A stretch of DNA of 64,000 bases from Nemertoderma westbladi (Eukaryota > Animalia > Xenacoelomorpha). Location of the stretch: the NCBI GenBank assembly GCA_032718475.1, contig JAUCBJ010006846.1:1-64000 (forward strand). Reading direction: 5' to 3'. Under the pieces are notes generated by a model. That model was not told the origin of the DNA, did not search any database, and was given only the letters and a program-made list of their open reading frames with translations. How positions within the stretch are numbered: position 1 is the first letter of the stretch; each line of letters opens with the position of its first letter. The position numbers and the translations under genes are program-made. Of the stretch, positions 23,573-36,099 are shown piece by piece.

Positions 23573-25751
23573 CTCTCGGACCTGTTGGGAGGAACGTATT
23601 CGATGCTCCTCCAGCTGCCTGAGCAGGAGAACTCACTCACTCTACCGCCGAAGCGGGAGCCGCCAACATGGTAGCGGGTAGACGAGGGATGACGGGCGAC
23701 AAATCGTTGATGTTTTGCTCGGCGTCCAGGACCGGGATTGATTCAGGGGCTGCTCTACTGGGCACAGGTAGTTTAGTACTGTGCAAAGGGAATTTAGAGT
23801 TAGGTTCTGGAAGTACAGGGGTCTCTATCACGGAGGGGGTGGCTTCGAGAACAGGCCTAATTATCTCAGGCTCATCTACTATAGTAGGGAGTCTTTCTTC
23901 CCTAATAATTTGGTCTGTAGGCGCAGGATTACTTAAATCTACACTAGCTAGTTGCCTTCTCACTGCTGGAGGCAAATTAGGCAATTTCTGCCGGTGCAGC
24001 ACCCTTCTACGTCCGCTGGAACGAGATTTATTTCCTCTACCTTCAGGATCTGTTGTATCGCCTTCATCAGAGGATGTAAATCCCTGTCTCTTGGGAGTAG
24101 ATCGACTTAGCAGCTGCATCTGAGTAGCTGTTCTCAGTTTATTTAAGTAATCTTGCTTCACTTGAAGATTTTCCAACTCTAGTTGGGCTGTCTCTTCAGA
24201 TGCCTTCCGTTCTGCTTCTACCACTGCCTCTGCCGCTTTTCTTTCAGCTTCTGCCGCTGCCACTTTTCTTTCAGCCTATGCCGCTGCCGCTGCCGCTGCC
24301 GTTGCCGCTGCCGCTGCCGTTGCCGCTTTTATTTCAGCCGCTGCCGCTGCCGCTGCCGCTGCCGCTCGCCGCTGCCGCTGCCGCTGCCGCTGCCGCTGCC
24401 GCTGCCGCTGCCGCTGCCGCTGCCGCTGCCGCTGCCGCTGCCGCTGCCGCTGCCGCTGCCGCTGCCGCTGCCGCTGCCGCTGCCGCTGCCGCTGCCGCTG
24501 CCGCTGCCGCTGCCGCTGCTGCTGCCGCTGCCGCTTTTCTTTCAACTTCTGCCGCTGCCGCTGCTGCTGCCTTTCTGTCTTCTATCTGTTTTTTCTTTAG
24601 TTGTTCTTCCTGTTCCATAGCGATGAGGATGCTTTCATCAAATTTAGCCTGCTCAGCGGCTAATATTTCCGCATCTAACGAGTCCAACACAAATTTGGCC
24701 CCTTCACTATTAGGGTGAAGTCCAGCTAGCCTTCTCCTTAGCTCTTTGTCACCTATGAATCGTTGATAGTCCGACAGATAGATGTCAATAGCATCCTTCT
24801 TCTGAGGTTTCTCTGATATAGCTTCGCTTTCCACCTGAGAAAAGGTAGCGTCTGTTGACTCTCCGTGGGTCATGCGCTCGGTTAGCTGAGCTTTCCATTG
24901 TGTCATTCCCTGGACTTTAAGACTCACCCGTTGGAACCAAGTTTTTACGGCCACTTGCAACGACGTGTCTTGGCTTCTCTTCGAAGCTTCTTCAAAGGCC
25001 GAAAGGATTAGTCTGATCCGTAAAATTCGTTCTCGCACTTGATAAAGCAGCTCTCCCTGCTCTTGAGGTCCTTGTCGTTGTTGAAACAGGTGTTCCTCTA
25101 ATCGCTCCAAAGAGCTGAAGAATCCCTGGACATATCCTGCTGCCGACCTCTTCCACACAGCTGGATCTCGAGTGTCCCTTACTACTCCCATCCTGTATAA
25201 GTCCTCCCAGGCAGCTTCCGATAAGTTAAACGGGAGTCCGGGTCCGGGGAAGTTCCATTGCGTCTCGACAATAGACCTTCAGTTCCTCCATTGTGATATC
25301 CCGCATAACTGTCCTTGGTCGATCGCTTACTTCTCGCCCAATCGATTTGATGTTCTTCCACCGCAATCAATACTCTAGTGAGTACGGCTCCAGGAAGAAT
25401 TAGAAGTGGATCTGGATAAACCGCTTCTGTCATCCTTGCTCCGATCTCGGGTGTCAACTCTACAGTGTCTGAACTACTGGAGTTATCGGGCCGCTGAGAA
25501 ATAAGTTCTCGGTTCGGGTGCTGCTGCTGTTTAACAGCTGCCTCTTGGTCCCGCTTGACTTGAGCCCTAGTGCCTATGATAGACCTATGGTGCTTTACTA
25601 GCCTAGGGTCTGACACTACTACTGTAGGGATGACCTTTCTTACAGTAGGAGGGGACTTGGACTTCGGTCTCAGATTTTCTATACTCCTATCTGAGTCACA
25701 GACTGTTCTTTCTAGGAGACTATCTGACAGTGTTTGCTTTGTGTCAGCCAT
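23573..25751 (-). pseudogene. Disrupted N-terminal extension of the Pao gag (three consecutive ORF pieces)
   Basis: ORFs 25182-25751, 24334-25191 and 23637-24263 are co-oriented and nearly abut, with coiled-coil and low-complexity composition. Frames break at ~25185, in the GCAGCG repeat and at ~23635. Confidence 0.6.
24278..24570. repeat. (GCCGCT)n expansion encoding poly-Ala on the minus strand
   Basis: A long pure hexamer run lies at ~24368-24517, with shorter flanking runs separated by EVERK/EIK-type spacers. Confidence 0.95.
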
Positions 25752-25887
25752 GATTTATATTGCAGTTGAATGCCTACTACTATAACGACAGTTAAAGTAA
25801 GTCTAGTAATTCAGTATCAACTGTAAGCCTAGTAATTAATTACCGATACCGTTACTCAGTGTAACGTGATATATATATAATATATTA

Positions 25888-26135
25888 AAATACCGGTATA
25901 CTCATAGTATATATAAGAATTATTACAGACTAGAATTAGTCACAAAATACCGGTATATAATTTCAGCCTAAATTTATATAAATAAATATAATAAGCCTAC
26001 TGTGAATACCGGTATACACCTATAGTATATATAAGTATTATTATAGACTAGGATTAGTCACAGAATACCGGTATATAATTTCAGCCTAAATTTATATAAA
26101 TAAATATAATAAGCCTACTCGTAAATACCGGTAAT
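25888..26135. repeat. Tandem duplication of about 117 bp in the putative 5' leader of the Pao element
   Basis: aataccggtata...tagtatatataag...ttagtcaca..ataccggtatataatttcagcctaaatttatataaataaatataataagcctact occurs twice. Confidence 0.85.
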
Positions 26136-27642
26136 GTCAATTATTTTATAATAACTGAATTTCTGAATTTTAGGGTTACTTTCCTTTACTTTATTACTGT
26201 TATTAAGCAGTAGTTCAACTGATATTAAGACCTAATTGATGTATAACAGGCCTACTATTTTATAAATCTGTTTGAGTTGATTTATAATATATTATGTACC
26301 CGTACAAGGGTTTTGACAATATTTGAAATAAATGTTATTATTTCTGGGTAAGGAGTCACTGCACAGAAGCTGAACGCTCTCAGTGGAGTGCTACTTGTTG
26401 GACACTAAAACGAATAATTCTACTTTACTAAGTTACTTATCACTACAAATTACTATACAATTACAGTTTGAGATTACAATCTCTAAATAAACACCAAAAA
26501 GTTACATGTACGAATTTTAGGGTAATTTTACAAGAAATCTACAAACCAGCCTAACAACGAGTTAGAATTTCTGGTTCTTACAAACTGACAGGAATCTACG
26601 GTATTTGAAAACAATAAAGCAGTAGTAAGTAAATTGCGTTGTCCAGATAAGAAAATACCACCGTCTGACGACTTATAGTCTTAGCTCTATAAGTACTACG
26701 TTATGTACCCGGAGTGTCCTTACCTAGAAGTTAATTACCGCAGCCAACCAGAGCTAACGTGCCTATTAACCACTTTACAACACAAATATACTGACTACAC
26801 ACAAAATTACTTTCGGAAAGTACTGTACTCTAAACCCTAAATTAGGTACAAGTACTTATACAACAAATAACCAGCAGTTAAATATACTTGAACAGCTAAA
26901 AGAACCACGGTATCTGCTGGAGTGACCAGAGCACAAAATCACCAGTCTTTACCTACGCCAAGCAGCCCTGATGTAGTACCGGGGTTAATTTAACTATAAC
27001 GGTATGTATAACAAGCACAATTACTGTAGGAATAAACTTGGGGGGTATGTAGGTTGCGAATACTCGCATATACTCTGAATAATAAATATTACGCTACCCG
27101 TGCAGACTATACAAACAAAATACAGACCAAATGCTGGCAGACTACTGTCAAGCCTAAATAAACTACAGTATATGCAGACTCCGAAATGGTTAGTTAGTAG
27201 GCATTCTAACCGAGTAGTACGACTTATTCTTTCGGGGGGGATTTACCTTACAGCACTGGATGCCTCCACCTTCCTAACTAGTACTTTATCGGACATACAC
27301 TCTACATACACTGCAATCGCTTCAGACCTAACAACAGCCAGACAACAATCCAGCCTACAAATTATTTGTACAATTTGAGCAGGCTTACACGCCTTCTGCT
27401 CAATATTACACTTACAGATAAATAAAACTGACAGAAATAAGTAAAATCCCAATAAAAAACCAGGGCTGCAGTCCCTGATTAAATATCAAGACCTACCGGT
27501 ATATAATTATCAAAATCGAATAATACTGTTGTACCTGTAAGTACCGGTTCGGGTAGTTGGGCAGTTAGGCCTACAGCTTACCGTTCGACCGGTACCTTCG
27601 ACTTTATTGCCTACTGTGCAATAAAAAACTAAAATCTATTAT

Positions 27643-28062
27643 TGTTCGCGCTTTTAGACCTTTAGCAGTTCAACCTGCCAATTTTAGTTGTCTTCTTGTT
27701 TATAAATCGACTTTAGCCTAGACCAATTATTTAATGTACTGAAGTTACATCCGCCGAAGCCAGTCTGTGCGCGATCATTCACCCACAGTTAAGGGAGACT
27801 GGATTCGGGTGCTTTGAAGTTATTGCGGTGCAGACCTACTGTATTATTTGATTGATCGTTACTATATAATCTCTGACAAATATATTTACTTTCGGGGAAA
27901 TATTAACAGTTCCTTTGGGACATGGCGCTTTAAGTATAAAAACAGAGTTATGACTTATACTAATCACAACTAGATGGCTACTGAGTTTCGTAAATAGCGC
28001 ATTCTTTAGGAGATGCTTTATTATCAATCACACTACTTCACACGACTTCACACTACTTCACA
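27643..28062. mobile_element. LTR-like repeat, copy B (420 bp)
   Basis: It is a direct repeat of 16755-17164, roughly 85-90% identical by eye, with one extra 10-bp cacactactt-type unit at the right end. Confidence 0.7.
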
Positions 28063-28744
28063 CTGATCTGCCGACAGTCACTGAATTTGATCATATATAA
28101 GGAAGATCGCAACTGACACTTGTAGGGATTATGAAATAGCATTTAATTCACACAAAAACCACTATAATGTGAGTTGCAGTTGCTACCGGTAACCTGTTCC
28201 TCTCACCTTCAGTAATCAAGAAGATTGGGGGTTTTATGATTATTCATCGGTATTCTCCAAATATATCAGCAATATACATCAACAAATAACAACAATTAAT
28301 AACAGAAGTAAAATAATGCGGTGAACAATCAGCTTGTGTTACGTAAGTCATTATGGATTGGTAGGGTCAGATAATAGATTTACGTTCTTGTAATCAAAGC
28401 CATCAGATGTTTAGGCCAAAGTCTGAAACTTCCAAAATCAGAAGTACAGAAGATTTCCAAGCAGTTCTCTCACTCAGAAAGGTAAACAAAGACCGTAATG
28501 CATTGCGCGGTTTTCCGTAGGCCCTTGTTCAACATAAAGTAAAATCGCTCTGATTGGCTGAGCAGAACAAAGAGGTTCCATGTTTACAGGAAACCAGCTG
28601 ACAGATTTTGTCATCTGAGCTCCAGTCTTTTAGAGTATTATGCGCATTGCGGCAAAAATGACTTGTTATGTCCGCTAAGGCACCTACACTGTGCATTGCG
28701 GGGAAAAATGACTTGTTATGTCCACAAAAGCTTTTACACATAGA

Positions 28745-31160
28745 GTTACAGAGTGAGGTGAAAGGTTAAACCACTTGGAGGGACAAACAAGCTAGAGAAG
28801 CTAACAGTAGGAGGTAACACCTACACAGGGAGTGGCGAGGCGATAAGTAGCCAATAAGGGCCAATTAGTAGGCAGGGAAGGGAATGGGGAGAATGAAGCG
28901 TATCTATTGGATGATAGGGCCACCCTTAGTGTAGGACTAATAATAATATATGTGTCGATGCAATATATAACCGTTATACTATGTCATTGCTATTCAGTTG
29001 GTTGCCAGAAATAACCTTGGAACTGGAATAGTTCTGACCATTGTCACAACTGTAGTCTGTTAGTGCGGATAATACTGATTGTGCTGTCATTGCTATTGTG
29101 CTATTACCTATATATTCAGTTGATCATTGACATTTATGTTGATTGCTAGTACATCTAGAACCAGCTATTTTCCATCGGCCTTCGGCCTACCGAAACACAG
29201 CAGCCTACGGACGCGGCAACGCGTACTAACTAAACCGGTCGGGACCCGACTCTACCAACTCTAAGGTCCCGTCACAGTCAGAACTTCCATCTCTATAACT
29301 GTAGAACTGTGACCAACCAACGACAAACCATGAGTGATAAATCACCCCAGTCGGGAGAGAGAACGCCGCCGCGGACCCCAAGCGACACCGACGCAACGAT
29401 CCACGAGGCCGCGACGAGACGCTACCGGCCCTACTCACCAGGAAAGGAGCTGCTTGTACCGATTCCAGAAGGGGACGAGTTGCCTCTACTGCCGCGAGTC
29501 GAGTCATAGGATGGGGACGTGTCCACGGTTGCACAACCGGTGTTCTCAGTGCAAATTCCAGGGGCACTACGGACGCCAGTGCGACTGGATGGACGACGAG
29601 GAGAAGTTTAAGATCTTCGAGGAATGGGCCGATGTCGGCATCATGACGCGGCAGCGGATGAAGGCCCAGGAATTCCGGTGGGGTTTCTTTAATATTAACC
29701 AGGAGGCCCACCTGGAAATCATCAAACGGAGGCTTCCATTTACTTATCAAGAAGTATCAACGGCGGCATCGTATGCGGGAGTGATGAATACACAGAGGTA
29801 TTTAGACAGATGGACGCCAGAGAACCGGGGAGAGTTCAGAGATTTCCTGGCAGAGCATGTGCCGCGGGCCATGAAGGTGATCCTATGGGACGCCACTAGG
29901 GGGAAGCAGCAGGGGCATTCGGAGGGGCCACCTGCGAAGCGATACCGGGAGCTAATAACACCAGCACCCAAGGAATCGACGACGGGAATCAGTAGGGAAG
30001 TAACGGCAAGGATGAGGAACCTTAAGGAGGACAAGATCAAGGGAGCGGCGACAACAAGGAAGCGGCCGAGACAGGACGACGACAGAGGGAAGGAACTGAG
30101 ATGGTTCCCAAAGACAGGAGGAGCGAACTAGAACTTGGAGGGGGAGATGTGGGGATGATGGGGGGGGGGGGGGGGGGGGCGAAGAGGTCCGAAAGTGGAG
30201 TGGAGTTAGAGTGAAAGTAGAGAGAAGTTAGAGTCAGGTTAGAGTGGAGTGGAGATTTAAAATTGTGAGTGAGGAGTCCAAAATTGTCTCGAACCGAGAT
30301 GCCAGATGTCTTGGTGCAACATAGGTTGGAGTTGCACCAAGAAGGGGTAGTAATATCATACCCAGAGGGAGCGGCCTGGAAAGTCGACTCCAAGTAAAAG
30401 AACTCCACCCCACACCCGATAGTAGATCGGGTTCCAGCGGAATTGAAGCGCACTCAAAGGTGATGCTATCTTCTCACCGGGAAGATAGCATGGGGGGGAG
30501 TGTGAGCGGATTCAATTCCGCTCACTATCCCCATAAAGTTGGGAAGTGGCGCCTTTTTCAGCAATATTGGAGATACGACATGGATAACAACAATCTCGTA
30601 TCACACCCAATAACGGGGATAACATACACCCCAAAAGCCACACAAAGGGAGGTTAGAGGTCAAACCACCTCGAGAGGGCAGATAACCAACAGCGGGGGGG
30701 TGGGGGGGGGAAGCACTCCCACAGAGGTGAGAGGCGTGAAGTAGGTCATCAGCCAATGGGAGCGGGGAAAGGTATCCACTGGACAAAGGCCAAAGTAATG
30801 TAGGAATGAATACATATATTATCAGTTAGTTATATCAGTTAGTCAGTTTACTCAGTCATTCAGTTCAGTGCAGAACGGTGATGTTTTCCAACGTCACCAT
30901 CACCATCACCGATATCCTACCTACCGGTATACAGTACACATATATTATCCATCACAACTGTGCTATTATTGACTATTCATTTCATCGATATTAAATAAAA
31001 AAAATATAAAAAAAATATATATAATATAATTTATATATAAATATATAAAAAATAAATTAGTAAAAGATCAAAGAGATAACAACAAACTTTTCCCATTATC
31101 CTCAATATCACGGTGACGCGTAGTTCGACAAACCGGTCGGGATCCCTTGATCCCGTCACA
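28745..31160 (+). mobile_element. Small element: zinc-knuckle ORF flanked by highly diverged direct terminal repeats ending CCCGTCACA
   Basis: ~28820-29276 and ~30720-31160 share collinear motifs (gccaat, gtatc...tgga, tgtagga, tcacaactgt, gtgctatta) and end acgcgta...aaaccggtcggga...tcccgtcaca. The left boundary is approximate. Confidence 0.55.
29330..30131 (+). CDS. Gag-like/nucleic-acid-binding ORF with two CCHC zinc knuckles; start uncertain
   Basis: CLYCRESSHRMGTC and CSQCKFQGHYGRQC fit CX2CX4HX4C. The obvious ATG (29330, MSDKSPQ) is in a different frame from the knuckles, so the ORF is frameshifted or uses a non-ATG start. Confidence 0.6.
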
Positions 31161-32685
31161 CGCAAAATATGTACAGTAGACTCCCCCCCCCCCCCCCCCC
31201 TCAAAAAAATCGAATTATAACTTAATAATTCAATTGGAATGCATTATTAGTAGTGTGTGATCTCCGCGTGGGGCGCGCACACGACATACTGTAGTTGCGT
31301 TGCGTTTACACCCTTTATGGGCATTCTAAAGTTGCATGTATTTGCTTCTGTTACTGGCTGGCATTCATTATATTAAATAAATACTCCATATAAATGCACT
31401 GTATTGTTTCCCTGCTACTTTAAGAGATAAACGAAATGTTCCAGAATAATATGGTGTATGTGTAATAAGTAGAATAGAATAGCCTCGCGCAGATGTAAAA
31501 CCAGGAATATTTCAACGCCCATATCTCACCCAATAACTCCAAAATTCAGATTGTGTTACACAGTATTATATTCTAAACTTTTGAGAGACCCTTAGACTCC
31601 CGCTTCAATCGCTGCACTCATTATTCCGGTTTCTGCCAGGGTCTGAGCTCGACGATAATGCAGTTTATGACTCCGTGACCCCCGCAGACACATGAGGGCC
31701 GACTGAACAAGGGCGAAATTTAACTTGGTCCGTATGAGTGTTAATGGATTAACAGTTAACAGTTAATGAATACGGAACTCCCCTCTTCTGTGACAGAAGC
31801 AGACTGACCCGGTACAATAAAGCATGGGCACTTCGGCTCATGCCACCAGTAATGGTATGTAGAAACCACAAATGGACAGAAACCCGCCCCTTCCACGGTT
31901 TTACCGGTATCGTACATTCCATACAAACCATTTTTTAAATTGACGGACTTTCCCCATTATATACCGGTACTGTTATATGTTACAACAATTTGTAAATTTA
32001 CTACTGTACATATAAAATAACGACAGGACAAGTGTCGTGTCGCATGGCACCGAATTTCGAATCGCGCCAAGTCATGAAATTTTGGCCTAAGAAGAGGGCC
32101 AATATCGCAATGCGACGGACACTGAAGTAACAACATCAGTAACAGGAAGGCAAATGCAAAGAGAACCAAAAGTTCAATAATTTATTAGTTGTTAGGCCTA
32201 CTAGTTAGATTTACTAGTTGTGTATCCTGTACTGTAGTATTCTCGATAGGCCACTACAGCAGTCTGTCTGCAACCAGCAGTAAAGAAGATATGTAATTAT
32301 TGTAATACAATACTCGCTACCTACACGCTAGGGCGGTTACTAACAGTTGTTTTATAACAAGATATAATAAATGCCTTCTTTGATTGCCTTTATGAGACAG
32401 TATTGATTGCTTTATTAAATGCATTAAGTGATTGTTAATATCTAAACTATATGAATAGGAGCAGGAGGTATTTATTTATTTATTATTTCTTCGATAAATA
32501 AATACAGTGAAAGTTGAAGCTCTAATATGTGACACTGTCCTCAATGTTTGTTAGCTTTAAAGTCTATAAAAATGACAAAGTGTTGCCATGACAGTTTTCA
32601 TTTTTGTTTCTGCACGATTCCTTATTGGGAGAACCCGGTCAACCGCATAAACTTTCTAAGCTTAGAAAGTAGATGAGATAAATCC

Positions 32686-33254
32686 GTCCAATGTCCTTGA
32701 GAAGCCGTTATTCATCGGCCACTGTCCAATGTCCTTGAGATGCCGTTATTCATCGGCCACTGTCCAATGTCCTTGAGAAGCCGTTATTCATCGGCCACTG
32801 TCCAATGTCCTTGAGATGCCGTTATTCATCGGCCACTGTCCAATGTCCTTGAGAAGCCGTTATTCATCGGCCACTGTCCAATGTCCTTGAGATGCCGTTA
32901 TTCATCGGCCACTGTCCAATGTCCTTGAGAAGCCGTTATTCATCGGCCACTGTCCAATGTCATTGAGAAGCCGTTATTCATCGGCCACTGTCCAATGTCA
33001 TTGAGAAGCCGTTATTCATCGGCCACTGTCCAATGTCCTTGAGAAGCCGTTATTCATCGGCCACTGTCCAATGTCCTTGAGAAGCCGTTATTCATCGGCC
33101 ACTGTCCAATGTCCTTGAGAAGCCGTTATTCATCGGCCACTGTCCAATGTCCTTGAGAAGCCGTTATTCATCGGCCACTGTCCAATGTCCTTGAGAAGCC
33201 GTTATTCATCGGCCACTGTCCAATGTCCTTGAGAAGCCGTTATTCATCGGCCAC
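32686..33254. repeat. 38-bp minisatellite, about 15 copies (GTCCAATGTCCTTGAGAAGCCGTTATTCATCGGCCACT)
   Basis: The units are near-perfect, with a period of 38 measured from 32687 to 32725. Confidence 0.97.
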
Positions 33255-35393
33255 CATATCTTTTAAGGATAACGAGGTGGTAAACTGTTGATACTCCCGA
33301 CGGAAGCTGAGAAAAAATTGAATAATATTATAAAGACCGAAAAGATCTGACATATTTGTAAGACAATGTCAAAGGAAATAGTATTCCATCTGCACTATTG
33401 TACGGTAGGCTTATCCGAATATTTTTTCATTAAGTGAATATAATTACTGCGTGCCCAAACAGCATTGCAGTATAACAGTGTCTTAATTATTTTTGGTGTC
33501 ATTCTGGTGCCCCAGAAAGAAAAGTAAGAGTAGCAAAAATTTCATATGAATTGCATAATTTGTATTGTAGTTTAATGTACATATAATACCGGTATCAATT
33601 GCATCATAAAATATCATGCATATTATCGTTCTATATGAACGATTTATGAACATGTTTAGATAGATATTACCATAAAGCAAATCATTTGAACTAATCATTA
33701 AAGACTAACTGTATAATGGAATGGGGTTATGGGGATTCCGGCGGTATAATTTTTATGCATAAAAAATTATTTTAAATCTTATACAAGAAAATGTTGTATT
33801 TAAATTAAAGGACAGGCAGAAAAACTGCTATTTTTTACAGTCATCAACTCAATTAACTAAATCTGCTGTACTAGATCTACAGATCTATGTATGCTAAGAA
33901 CCTTTGCTACCGTATGCTAAGAACGCTACTTTCGTGGCTCGCCCCACAAGTACAACTTTCATTTATTTTGTTATTGTATTATTGTATTATTAGTGTTTAT
34001 TGTTTATTATTATTACTTTATTACCTTATTTGAAGCCTCAGATAGTGGGGCAAAACCAATTACTAATATAATAGTAACATTAGATTCACCAGACAGACTA
34101 ATCCTTAATCTAATTAAATACACATTCTATGCTTTTCGCTTACAAAATGTCTCGCCTAAAAGATTATAATATGAATTAACTTGTATTTATACATTACAGA
34201 GATTGGTTATGAACAGTAGCGGTTGCTTGTATCTGTATTTGCCTTTATTATTTGTGGTGGATCAGAACTTTCGGGTTTTTTAGGGCCTCAGACCTCAAGT
34301 TTCTACATTTTGTTTAGAATATCTCTTTATCATATATACAATATTATTCTTTGTGACAATAGTAGGTAAATATGAACAGATTCATACAACTTTATATAAA
34401 CCGCGCTTGGTTTTGGCGACTTTATACCACTTATATTACACTCATTGCATTGTTATTAACAACAAACGTTTCATAAGATGTTTTTATCATCTGTAATCGT
34501 TTTGTAATTATAATTTTGTAATAAAACGACATACTGTACATGTTGCAGAGTATTTTCCATGTTCTGAATACTCGTGGCTATATTTTCACTACTTACTTAC
34601 TATAATAATATTTATTTTTAAATCATAAGTACAAACTGCACGATTTAAAATCAAAATAAAACAAAAAATTATAATGCAAATAAATAAAAAGTTCAATAAA
34701 ACATATCATAATTAATATCGATGCAGAATAAAAAAGTGGCACCATTTTTTATATTATAAAAGGAAACTTTCATAAATTGAAGATGCACTTAGACTAGACA
34801 GGTACTGCGTACGATGAAATTAAAAGATTATTAGACTTATATATGCGTTTAAATCAACTGCACAGAGTTCCGGAGAATCTCTTCGATCAAATGTAATTCT
34901 AGAAGTCTAGAAGCATCCGTGATGCACTGTTAATTTCATCATACTGTTTTCGTTAGTGTGGCAAAACACTCTGATTAGCACCCGCCTGTAAAGACGCAAT
35001 TTACACACAAATAACTAAATTAGTAACATCCATACAGTAGATATAATATCAGCTGCACTATATTATACTGATACACTATGGAGTACCTCGAATCTATATT
35101 CGTCCTCACTCGCTTCTTTCGTTTGTTTGATGGAGTTTTAGAGCATAGTATTTTGAAATTAATTAATTGAAAATATAATAACTATATTTTACTAAAGAAA
35201 ATAACAAAAAAATTCTCAAGCTTCCATTGTATCTCATATTATAATTTAACAATTAATATAATTATTCCAAAATTGTAACATTACTCAACGCCGTTAGTAT
35301 TAACAGCGAATTGTTATTTAGCACTTTACAACTTTAGAGGACATTACAGCATTGTTTTGGCCTGTACATTTAGCATTGTATTTGGTGTTATTC

Positions 35394-35474
35394 TTTACGT
35401 GGTAACCAATGACGGCGTTATGTAATGTCCACTAAGGGGACATTACTTAACGCCGTCATTGGTTACCACGTAAA
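35394..35474. repeat. 81-bp near-perfect hairpin (possible micro-MITE)
   Basis: tttacgtggtaaccaatgacggcgtta-t-gtaatgtcc / ggacattac-t-taacgccgtcattggttaccacgtaaa. Confidence 0.9.
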
Positions 35475-36099
35475 CAATAGATGGAAATTTGCCTGACAGC
35501 CAGATAGCCTGACATCACGACTAATTCAAGTGTTGTTGGGGGGGGGGGGGGGGGGGGGGGGGTAGTTATGAAACAAATTTTTAATGTTTTAATATAAGTT
35601 GTAGATGTCAAGATATAGTTATTTAAACTGCTAACTAGCAGTTAAATCTCGTTAAGTTGGGAGGGTGGCGGCATCATTAAATTACATGTAAACAGCAAAA
35701 CCTTCCTTTATTCATATTTCTGTAGTTTAAATCTGTTAAAGAGTTTTGAATAACTTCGACCAAAACTAAGTTTTTAAATTAATTTTAAAAAAATTTAACC
35801 AAAATTTTAATTAAAACAAAATAACACAGAAAACCTTATTAATTATTAACAACTAAGAGACTATTTAAAAAGAAAATCAGTGGCGGTCCGTGGCCAAAAT
35901 TTTTGGTTGGGCCTGACCCAAAAATTTATGAATACAGTGGACTCATTGAGACACCAAAATGTTCAATTTAGGGGCAATACTGCTCCCCCCCCCCCCCCAT
36001 TTTGAGTTAAGCTCACAAAATAACTGATTACATAATTATCAATCTCGAAAAGTTATGGGTCGCCCCACCCTCCCCCTACATTTGTAATATATCGTCTAG

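Noticed and set aside
24183-24718. Plus-strand poly-LP, poly-CR and poly-A ORFs, and the minus-strand poly-QR ORF
   Set aside because: They are alternative frames of the GCCGCT microsatellite.
27580-27642. Primer-binding site next to LTR-like copy B
   Set aside because: No TGG-initiated tRNA-complementary sequence lies adjacent on the minus strand, and the ggtaccttcga-like match is on the wrong strand and too far away.
32686-33254. CRISPR-like array (38-bp period)
   Set aside because: The units are head-to-tail with no unique spacers, there are no cas genes, and the context is eukaryotic.
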